A stretch of DNA of 10,640 nucleotides from Oligoflexia bacterium (GCA_043732485.1 JAYTHP010000177.1:1-10640); one strand, 5' to 3'. Shown: positions 1 to 7,441, counted from the stretch's first letter. Notes: generated by a model from the letters alone, not told the origin. Made by a program: numbers and translations.

Positions 1-381
1 AAAAGGAGGAGGCGCGCAACTGGAATACCACTCGCCTGTTGTTCAGTTTGATCCCTATGATGGGGAGGAAATCATCGAGGCTTTGCAGGAATCGAGGATT
101 CGGGGCCTCTGAGCGACAAGAAGCATCAAGCCTCCTCAGGCAGGCGCGTTCCATCCGGCCAAAAGCTCACCCCTACTCTAATAAAGGAATTCGTCGAGCA
201 AAATTCCTACCTGCAGCAACAGCACCAAGATTATAAGAGCGAACTCGCTTCAGGCTCCTCAGGCCATCAGAACAAGTTTTTTCAAAGCCCGCCACCTGGT
301 GAGCTCGCTTCTAACACTCGCGTCACGGACCAGTTTTGGCTCTATCTGCTGCAAAACTATGGCTATTTCCTACCGAAATAG
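1..381 (+). pseudogene. Possible 3' end of a frameshifted or degraded gene entering from the left
   Basis: Frame 2 is open 2-112, frame 3 is open 3-236, and frame 1 is open 61-381 with no ATG/GTG/TTG but a protein-like end (LIKEFVEQNSYL...FWLYLLQNYGYFLPK*). Confidence 0.3.
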
Positions 382-654
382 TCATAGGTAAGGACAAGCA
401 CCAGGCGCGTGGATTGCCGCAACAGGTTGCGCGCTCTCAGCAGGCACTCCTTAAGGCATTGTGTCGTCCACTCTCCCATCAACATGCTTTGAAGCCCCAC
501 CTGCTGCTGTCACTCGCCCCTCAACTCCTCTGACAGCTCCCAAGCACCCACACCCGCCTCCCTCTTCACTAAAGAACACTGGCCTAGGCAAAGCACAACA
601 AAGCGGCAGATGAAAAGAGTTTGCGCGACTAACCCCTGTCGCCTGAGTCCCGAC

Positions 655-1107
655 TTACTTGGCTTTATGCGCCGCTTGGGCTTCTTCGTTCTTTCTCAGA
701 TCCTCACGCAGCTTCAAAATATCCGTCTTACAATCCGGCGTGACCACAAAGTCCTTATGGTCATTGAGATAGTGATGCAAACAGCGCAACAGTGCGTGAC
801 CCACATGCTTGCCGTAACAGCCAGCCCTCTTAGCGTCTTCACTGCAAGCGTGATCAGTGAGTTTTTCATCGGCCTTAAACTGCAGCCTGAGCGGGTTGTC
901 AATCGACACAGCCCCCGAGCCCACTGGGGCAGTCGGCGGAGTCGCCAAATTGGCCGAAGCACAATGAGGCAAGAAGGCAACGCAGACCACCACACCCATG
1001 ACCGCAAGCCAGCGGCCTCTGCTGCTGCTACCAGTACCCCGCGTGAGTCTTTTTCTTGCCCCTTGCTTTGCGTCACTTGCTTGCCGCTCCCCTAAAAGAG
1101 CAAGCAT
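655..1107 (-). CDS. Secreted hypothetical protein with a single Cys-rich (GLG1/Cys_rich_FGFR-like) repeat
   Basis: Signal-peptide-like segment RGRWLAVMGVVVCVAFLPHCASA, then ACSEDAKRAGC...LLRCL...VTPDCK, matching the four-Cys pattern of GLG1-type repeats. Start uncertain: the ORF extends to TTG 1170; ATG 1107 chosen. Confidence 0.65.
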   Translation of the reverse strand: MLALLGERQASDAKQGARKRLTRGTGSSSRGRWLAVMGVVVCVAFLPHCASANLATPPTAPVGSGAVSIDNPLRLQFKADEKLTDHACSEDAKRAGCYGKHVGHALLRCLHHYLNDHKDFVVTPDCKTDILKLREDLRKNEEAQAAHKAK

Positions 1108-1219
1108 TTTGAAACTTTTTCCATCATTCACGCCGTCCCACCTCAGCCTTTCCGTTATTGACCTGATCAAACCTTAAGCCCAGCTCACCTATGCCACTGA
1201 CACGATGGACTTCACTCTA

Positions 1220-1260
1220 ACTCTAACGGATTTTTTATATTTCTTGAACTATTTTTTTTT
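1220..1260 (-). promoter_or_regulatory. Candidate sigma70 promoter for the Cys-rich repeat gene
   Basis: Minus strand TTCAAG (1248-1243), 17 nt, TAGAGT (1225-1220), with an A9 UP-like tract just upstream. The -35 is weak. Confidence 0.35.
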
Positions 1261-1416
1261 AAGTTACTTCACCCAGAGCTCGGGAAGCACACCCAAGCCG
1301 CGCCTACGCGCCCCCCCCCCAAAAAGACCCCCCACCTCTTGCGATTCCGCCCCAAGGGTAAGTGTGAGCAGCCAGCTCTGAGTGCCCGCTTGCTCACCTG
1401 CCTGCCTGCGGCTGCC

Positions 1417-2889
1417 TTAAAAGTCGTTCTCTTTAATCAGACGCAGCGGAGGGGGCGGCGTTCCTGGGGCTGCGTGCTCCAGATTGGCAAACAGCGTGAA
1501 CTCCGATAACCAGGCCAAGCGAATAGTATCAGTCGCCCCTGCTCGGTGCTTGGCAACGATGAGCTCAGCCATCCCGCGATCTTCTGAGTCCTTGTTGTAG
1601 ACCTCATCGCGGTAAATAAAACAGACCATATCTGCGTCTTGCTCAATGGCGCCTGATTCTCGCAAATCAGAAAGCATCGGGCGCTTGTTGGGTCGCCCCT
1701 CCACCCCACGGTTGAGCTGCGACAAGGCAATGATGGGGACTTTTAACTCTTTAGCTAAACTCTTTAAATTACGACTGATTTCTGAGATTTCCCGCTCTCG
1801 CGAGGAGTCGCCGCGCTGCGAAGCCTTGGATCCCTTCATCAGCTGTAAATAGTCGACGACAATCAGGGACATTTTCTTTTCGACGGAAAGCAACCGACGA
1901 CAGCGCGAACGAATGTCCATCACCGTTACGTCACCGGAATCATCAATAAAAACCTTAGACTTAGCCAAGAGATCCGCACAATGAGTGAGGCTGCGCCACT
2001 CGTCCAGCGATATCCGACCCACCTTGAGGTTCTTAGCAGCAATCCGCGTCATGCCCGAGAGAAAACGGAATCCCAACTCCTCTTTGGACATTTCAAGCGA
2101 GAAGATCGCCACCACCCCGGCACTGGTGTGGGCAATATGTTGTACCATTGATAGAAAAAGACTGGTTTTCCCCATCGCAGGCCGTGCCGCGATAATCACC
2201 AGCTGGCCACCCCTGAGCCCGCTGGTTAAGCGATCAAAGTCGTGAAAACCCGTGGATAAACCGACGACGTCTTCCTTCTTTTGCGTCAGCTCATCGATGA
2301 TTGCCATGTTTTGTAGCAAAATCTCGCGCATGCTCGAAAACGACTGGGTCATCTTGGAATCTGAGACCGCAAAGACCTTTTTTTCGACATCATCTAAAAA
2401 GACTTCTGTGTCTTCCACCCCTTGATAGGCGTCAGCGGCAATCTCCGCTGTGACTTGAATCAAGCGCCTTAAAACCGCCTGATCGCGCACAATGCGGGCG
2501 TAATACATGATATTACCGACAGCAAACGCATCGTCAAACAAGCCGGTAAGCGTTGAGAGACCTCCCACCCGTTCAAAATACCCCCGGTCCTTCAGCGCAG
2601 CCGTCATCGTGACCATATCCACAGGGTCACCGCGCTCCGTTAGGGCAAGCGACACCTCAAAGATGCGCTGGTGCGCCTCTCGGTAAAAGTCGCGATCCTC
2701 AAGCCCAATTTCTAAGGTCCGGTGAATGGAATCGTTATTCAGGAGAATCGCGCCTAAAACCGAGCGCTCAGCCTCATTGTGATGAGGCGGCATTCTGCCA
2801 ATCAGCTCGGAGTCACCACCCCCCCCCCCACCCTCATGACCACCACCGCCGCCGCCGTAATACTCCTGCGAGCCCGAATCTAGGTCCAT
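1417..2889 (-). CDS. dnaB: Replicative DNA helicase DnaB
   Basis: N-terminal PPHHNEAERSVLGAILL, Walker A AARPAMGKT, FSLEMS, VVDYLQLM, ALSQLNR, DLRESGAIEQDAD; directly follows rplI; no intein. Start put at ATG 2889 (GGTGA 5 nt upstream); TTG 2901 and ATG 2793 are alternatives. Confidence 0.98.
   Translation of the reverse strand: MDLDSGSQEYYGGGGGGHEGGGGGGDSELIGRMPPHHNEAERSVLGAILLNNDSIHRTLEIGLEDRDFYREAHQRIFEVSLALTERGDPVDMVTMTAALKDRGYFERVGGLSTLTGLFDDAFAVGNIMYYARIVRDQAVLRRLIQVTAEIAADAYQGVEDTEVFLDDVEKKVFAVSDSKMTQSFSSMREILLQNMAIIDELTQKKEDVVGLSTGFHDFDRLTSGLRGGQLVIIAARPAMGKTSLFLSMVQHIAHTSAGVVAIFSLEMSKEELGFRFLSGMTRIAAKNLKVGRISLDEWRSLTHCADLLAKSKVFIDDSGDVTVMDIRSRCRRLLSVEKKMSLIVVDYLQLMKGSKASQRGDSSREREISEISRNLKSLAKELKVPIIALSQLNRGVEGRPNKRPMLSDLRESGAIEQDADMVCFIYRDEVYNKDSEDRGMAELIVAKHRAGATDTIRLAWLSEFTLFANLEHAAPGTPPPPLRLIKENDF
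2819..2829 (-). repeat. G11 homopolymer in the 5' part of dnaB (poly-Gly)
   Basis: C11 on the + strand, encoding part of GGGGGGHEGGGGGG. Confidence 0.9.
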
Positions 2890-2910
2890 GGAGGTCACCA
2901 AAGCAGCAAC

Positions 2911-3357
2911 TTAAGCTTCTGCGACGACGGACACTTTAATGCTCGCCACCACGTCGCTGTCCAGCCGGATTTCCACCGAATGCTCACCCAAAGTTTTAAT
3001 CGGAGCAGCCAAGTGCAATAACTTGCGCTCAAGCGTCACCCCTACCACTGCCAAGGCGTCAACAATGTCTTGCGCCGTGACCGAGCCGAATAATTTGTCG
3101 TGCTCGCCCGCTTTCTTAGCCACGGTGCACGTCACCGCTGCCAGTTTGGCTGCTAACTCAACTGCACCCATCCGCTCAGTCTTACGCTTTTTTTCCAGCA
3201 CGCGCTTGTGATGCTCAATTTGTGCGACATTTTCCGCTTCAGCAATCATCACGAGCTGGCGAGGTAATAAAAAGTTGCGAGCATACCCATCCGAAACTCG
3301 GACGATGTCTCCTGTTTTTCCTAAATTTTCAACATTTTCCCGTAAAATCACTTGCAT
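2911..3357 (-). CDS. rplI: 50S ribosomal protein L9
   Basis: MQVILRENVENLGKTGDIVRVSDGYARNFLLP and KLFGSVT signatures; 148 aa; AAGGGA upstream of ATG. Confidence 0.99.
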   Translation of the reverse strand: MQVILRENVENLGKTGDIVRVSDGYARNFLLPRQLVMIAEAENVAQIEHHKRVLEKKRKTERMGAVELAAKLAAVTCTVAKKAGEHDKLFGSVTAQDIVDALAVVGVTLERKLLHLAAPIKTLGEHSVEIRLDSDVVASIKVSVVAEA

Positions 3358-3481
3358 GGCATTCCCTTTCTTTCAAAAAAACTTCTTTCCTCAACACTGC
3401 GCCTCACGGCCGCTCCCCTCTTGCCCCATGGGACCTCAAGCAGCACTCCCCCTACCTCTCCCCTACCACCCTCGCCTTCAC

Positions 3482-4645
3482 TCACGAACTGGCTTTAAAC
3501 CAAGACCCGCTGGCACTCGTTCCCCGAAAATCAAACCACAGATCGAAAAAACCGAGGCTCACAACCGACACCAAACTCAAAGATGCCCAGGGAAGAAAAC
3601 TTGAATCGGCAAACAAAATCCAGCTCGACAAAAGTAGCCAGTACAAGGAGCGAGGAAGCTTCCAGACGGTAAACCAATGGCTGACCACCGCCAAACCTTG
3701 TATCCCATAAAGTGCTAAAGTAAAATACAAAACATTAAAGCCCACGAACTCTGACCACCGGCCCAGCTTAGCTAACGTCAGCGCTCCCGCGCCAATCGCC
3801 ACCCAAACTGCATGGTCTGGCCACTTCCAAGCTTGAAAAAAATTTTGCGTCAAGCCCAACCGCTCTCTCAGTCCTTGAGGGTTGAGTCGTAACAGCAACA
3901 AGGCGTTAAGCCAGATCATCAGAAATAAAAAAATACCTAGCAACGAGGGCAATTGCACCAAGCTTTGATGCTTCAAGAGCTCTAAGTCTGGCAAATTCAC
4001 CGGCACCTTGCGCGCTAACAACGCCTGATAACTCAAATCCCAAGAATGCTTGAAGGTCTCCCAAAAAAGACCCACCCAATCGGCCTGCCCTAACGCCTGC
4101 GTAGCCCCTACTAAAACCCCACCCGCTAGCACCAGCGTCAACCAGGCTGCAAGACTTCCTAACTCTAGCGCTTTTCTTCGCAAGCCTTCAGCCAATACCA
4201 AGGGGACGGCTACCCCTAAGAGCAGAAAACAAACCCACTCAAACCAGCCGAGCGAAAAGCCGCCCACCGACGACCCTTGCCAAAAGTGCAAAAACGGACT
4301 CAGAGACGTCAGCGCATCGACTCCAGCTGTAGCGTCTTGCCGTGCGCGCAAAAAGCTCAGCCCTAAGCCCACCACTGCCAGATTACTGAGCGCGCCAACC
4401 ACCACCTGCCTGGCGCTCCCCGTCAAGCGCAAAGCCAAAAGGGGTAGCGGTGTAAAGAGAAAACTGAGGCGCCCTAGACCGCGCCAAGGATTGGGAACTC
4501 CTGCGGGCGTGATCCAGAAATCAGCCAGGCCCGCCAAAAAGCAAAACCCGCCCAGGAAAAAACAAATCGCCGGCAAGAGCGCTTTTTTGAGGCGCTCGGT
4601 CCGCTGATGGCGGCTTTTTTCTACTTCTAATACGGCTGCTTCCAA
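3482..4645 (-). CDS. DUF2232 (YybS-like) integral membrane protein
   Basis: Multi-TM hydrophobic protein between rpsR and rplI, the usual position for this family. Motifs WKWPDHAVW, YGIQGLAVV and LGFFDLWFDFR are typical. GAAGGGAG precedes the TTG start. Confidence 0.88.
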   Translation of the reverse strand: MEAAVLEVEKSRHQRTERLKKALLPAICFFLGGFCFLAGLADFWITPAGVPNPWRGLGRLSFLFTPLPLLALRLTGSARQVVVGALSNLAVVGLGLSFLRARQDATAGVDALTSLSPFLHFWQGSSVGGFSLGWFEWVCFLLLGVAVPLVLAEGLRRKALELGSLAAWLTLVLAGGVLVGATQALGQADWVGLFWETFKHSWDLSYQALLARKVPVNLPDLELLKHQSLVQLPSLLGIFLFLMIWLNALLLLRLNPQGLRERLGLTQNFFQAWKWPDHAVWVAIGAGALTLAKLGRWSEFVGFNVLYFTLALYGIQGLAVVSHWFTVWKLPRSLYWLLLSSWILFADSSFLPWASLSLVSVVSLGFFDLWFDFRGTSASGSWFKASS

Positions 4646-4681
4646 GCAACTCCCTTCGACGCTTCTTTCGTAGCTTCTAAA

Positions 4682-4705
4682 TTCTTTGCGACTCTTCTTT
4701 GCGAC
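4682..4705. repeat. 11-bp direct repeat TTCTTTGCGAC x2
   Basis: Copies at 4682-4692 and 4695-4705, about 40-60 nt upstream of the DUF2232 start. Confidence 0.7.
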
Positions 4706-4836
4706 GCAACGCTGCCTGGCCTAGAGTCTCGGAAGTCAGCGTCAGTAAGAACTCGACCCCCAAAGGGGTATCATGCCGCGCGAGCTCGCCCTTTTTTTTC
4801 CTGCAATACAGATGAGAGCGCAAAAGAAACGTGGGC

Positions 4837-4856
4837 CTGAAGTCTTTAAACTTCAG
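4837..4856 (-). terminator. Hairpin just after the rpsR stop (weak terminator or mRNA-stabilising stem)
   Basis: CTGAAGT-ctttaa-ACTTCAG 7-bp stem. The U-rich run GTTTCTTTT lies several nt downstream on the minus strand rather than directly adjacent. Confidence 0.3.
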
Positions 4857-4859
4857 CGC

Positions 4860-5183
4860 TTAGAACGATGCGCCTACGGAAACATAACCAACAATCGCGA
4901 GATTCCTGGCACGCTTCACTGCCGTGGTTAAAGCCCGCTGATGGAAGGCACAGTTTCCGGAAATGCGCCGAGGCACAATTTTTCCGTGCTCTGACACGAA
5001 CGACTGCATCATGCGGGTGTCCTTATAATCGAGCAAAAAATCGGTATCTGAACAAAAACGGCAGATTTTCTTGCGATGAAAGGTTCCCTTCCCCTTACGA
5101 TCATCGCCGTCTTTATCCATGCGATCATCTTGACGATCGTTGCGGCCGTAACGCTCATTTTTATCACTTTTTGGGAATGCCAT
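4860..5183 (-). CDS. rpsR: 30S ribosomal protein S18, zinc-binding (C+) type, with a charged N-terminal extension
   Basis: RKKICRFC...DYKD...FVSEHGKIVPRRISGNCAFHQRALTTAVKRAR; CxxC plus C-x2-H ligands intact. Confidence 0.99.
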   Translation of the reverse strand: MAFPKSDKNERYGRNDRQDDRMDKDGDDRKGKGTFHRKKICRFCSDTDFLLDYKDTRMMQSFVSEHGKIVPRRISGNCAFHQRALTTAVKRARNLAIVGYVSVGASF

Positions 5184-5444
5184 TGAACTACTCTTTTCTC
5201 TCTTTCCCTCAGCGCGAAGCCTGAGGGAGGATGTCTTTAATGTTTTTTTAACCAGCTTGTTACTGTCAACTCACATTGCAAGGACTCAGCGTTTTTTTCC
5301 AGGCCATCTCAGCGTTCAGGGTTTTTTTTTAAGAAAGCATCCCTCAGCACTCGTTGGTTCATCACCCGTGGGAGTCACTATGACTCAACTTTCGCCGCGC
5401 AAAGAAGTCATGCCTAGGACAAAAAGCTCTTTTCCGTCTTTGCT

Positions 5445-5993
5445 CTAGTCTTCGTCCGCATCACGCGGATGAGCGTCATCCACTTCATCGTGATCGCGTC
5501 GATCTTCGTAGCCTCGTCGCTCAGAATTACGCTCTTCACGACGGGCTTCTCGCTCGTCTTCGCGACGCTTTGCTGCGGCTTGGTGGTTAGCGCGTTGTTG
5601 CTTGAACTTGTCGAGATCAAATTCTTTTTCCAGATTGACCGTCAGAAATCTCAAGACATGTTCACTGAGGCGCAAATTGCGCTCCATCTCCCGCACCACT
5701 TCCCCTTTACCGGTGTAGACGAGGAAGGTGTAATGACCGCGGCTTTCTTTTTCAATACTGTATGCCAGCTTACGCTTTCCCCAATCTTCCGTCAAAACCA
5801 GCTCGCCACCATAGGAAGCGATCACCTGGTAGAGGCGTGCTTGCAGCGTCTTTAAGGTTTCATCAGAAATTTCACAACGCGTGATAAAGGTGGTTTCATA
5901 ACCAGAGCGGATGAGATCGGACCGAGTGGCGATCTGGGAAGCGACCGACGAGGACAAATCAGCGGAGGCATGGGACGAGACTTGGGAAGCCAT
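5445..5993 (-). CDS. rpsF: 30S ribosomal protein S6 with N- and C-terminal extensions
   Basis: YETTFI...EDWGKRKLAYSIEK..RGHY...MERNLRLSEHVLRFL core. Start at ATG 5993, preceded by AAGGAG. Confidence 0.98.
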   Translation of the reverse strand: MASQVSSHASADLSSSVASQIATRSDLIRSGYETTFITRCEISDETLKTLQARLYQVIASYGGELVLTEDWGKRKLAYSIEKESRGHYTFLVYTGKGEVVREMERNLRLSEHVLRFLTVNLEKEFDLDKFKQQRANHQAAAKRREDEREARREERNSERRGYEDRRDHDEVDDAHPRDADED

Positions 5994-5998
5994 ATTTT

Positions 5999-6040
5999 TC
6001 TCCTTATGGATTAAAAGCACAAATCAAAGCCTAAAAGGGT
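5999..6040 (-). ncRNA. Candidate S6:S18 (rpsF leader) autoregulatory RNA
   Basis: mRNA CCUU-UU-AGGC-loop-GCUU-UUAAU-CCA-U-AAGGAG: anti-SD pairing, an inner stem, and an unpaired CCA just 5' of the SD, as in the known leader. Helices are only 4 bp. Confidence 0.4.
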
Positions 6041-6495
6041 TTATTTTTCTTGAGTCAATCAAACCATGCAGTTTGCGCACAATCCCAGACCGCTTGATCC
6101 TGCAGCGGGGAGTGACTCTCCGCCCCCCACAGCATTTCAAGCTTAAACGATCGACGCAAACGTCTTGTTTGAAAAACCAGAAAGCCCAAAGGCAGTTAAC
6201 CGCACTTTAAAGCTGAGCTCGCTCGAAGCTTAACTAAACTTTTACAATGCTCAGCAAGGTTTTTCTAAGTTAAGGGTTTGGTCTAGCATGATTTAGAGTT
6301 AAAGCAAAGCGACGATTCGTCACTTGAGCCTTTCTTAGACGTCATACAACCTGGGAGAAGCCTCTTAGAAATCTCTTGGTCTCGCTAGCGTTTGCCCTGC
6401 CATGACCGCTCACACCGAGCATTCGCTGCCCGGTCCACCCACCCGTTGCTCGAATGCGCTTGCCAAAGGCGGTGCGGCAAAGGTAAAACTGCAGG

Positions 6496-7338
6496 GTGAT
6501 GATGCAAACCCCCTTTCAATCTCACGAAGTCATGAGCTTCACGTCTCACTTAGATGAGCTCAGATCCCGCCTGATCCGCTGTTTATGGATCTTTCTAGGA
6601 GGCTTTTTTGCCTGCTACTGGATTGCCGACTCCTTACTCGAGATCCTCAGGCGGCCGCTGTTTGCCTTACTGCCAGAAGAACAACGACACCTTTATTTTA
6701 CCCATTTGTTTGAAAACTTCTTCACCCACTTGAAAATCGCAGGCTACGCCTCTTGCTTCTTTTTTGCGCCTTTGTATTTTTATCAACTCTGGGCTTTTAT
6801 CGCACCTGGGCTTTACCCCCGCGAGAAAAAATGGGTTATCCCGTTTCTCCTGGCAACCACCCTGTTTTTTTTAGGAGGCGCAAGCTTTGCCTATTTCGTG
6901 CTCTTTCCCATCGGCTTCCATTACTTTCTCCACTACGGCGGCCCCTCTGATATCCCGCTGCTGACGATGGATGCCTACTACGGCACTTGTGTCAAGTTAT
7001 TGTTTTTATTTGGTTTAGCCTTTGAATTACCGGTTTTGATCTGCTGCTTAGGGTTTTTAGGGGTCGTCGACGCCGCCACCTTAAGACAGCAGCGCAGAAA
7101 CGCCATCATAGGTATTAGTGTGCTCTCTGCGCTATTTGCCCCACCGGATGCTATCTCGATGATCCTGCTCGGGGGCCCGTTAGTCCTGTTGTACGAAGCG
7201 GCGCTGCTTTGCGTCGACTGGTTTGGCAAACGATCCGGCCATACAGATGCCCAGACCCCTGCTGATGCCACCACGAGTCGCACGCCTGATCCGGACTCCG
7301 AGCCTGATTTTGATCCTTTTTTAGGTAAATCACGCTAG
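6496..7338 (+). CDS. tatC: Twin-arginine translocase subunit TatC
   Basis: HLDELRSRL, YQLWAFIAPGLYPREKK, FGLAFELP, PPD..S and LYE motifs; hydrophobic pattern consistent with six TM helices. Start may be GTG 6496 or ATG 6499/6502/6532. Confidence 0.97.
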   Translation: MMMQTPFQSHEVMSFTSHLDELRSRLIRCLWIFLGGFFACYWIADSLLEILRRPLFALLPEEQRHLYFTHLFENFFTHLKIAGYASCFFFAPLYFYQLWAFIAPGLYPREKKWVIPFLLATTLFFLGGASFAYFVLFPIGFHYFLHYGGPSDIPLLTMDAYYGTCVKLLFLFGLAFELPVLICCLGFLGVVDAATLRQQRRNAIIGISVLSALFAPPDAISMILLGGPLVLLYEAALLCVDWFGKRSGHTDAQTPADATTSRTPDPDSEPDFDPFLGKSR

Positions 7339-7441
7339 ACTGCGCAAAAGCCTCACTGTTCAACCGTCTCCATCCCGTCAGCCAGCACACTTCGGCTCAA
7401 GACGTTTACTCAGAGTTTTGGTGCCCGGTGGTCAGGAATGC

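Noticed and set aside
610..1095. 161-aa + strand ORF and 120-aa minus ORF 714-1076
   Set aside because: They overlap the Cys-repeat gene, which has the recognisable signal and motif; likely shadow frames.
1364..1397. GTGAGCA...TGCTCAC inverted repeat after the dnaB stop
   Set aside because: 7-bp stem with a 20-nt poorly paired loop and no U-tract; not supportable as an intrinsic terminator.
5372..5386. GAGTCA-cta-TGACTC dyad, with a related TTGAGTCAA at 6050-6058
   Set aside because: Short enough to occur by chance, and I cannot tie it to a known regulator.
1437..5855. Alternative-frame and antisense ORFs over dnaB, rplI, DUF2232, rpsR and rpsF (e.g. 4050-4607, 3222-3710, 5469-5855)
   Set aside because: Shadows of clearly identified conserved genes, with no motifs of their own.
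6060..6240. Possible 6S RNA, SRP RNA or tRNA in the rpsF-tatC spacer
   Set aside because: Only local hairpins; no long rod with a central bubble, SRP loop motif or cloverleaf/T-loop found by eye.
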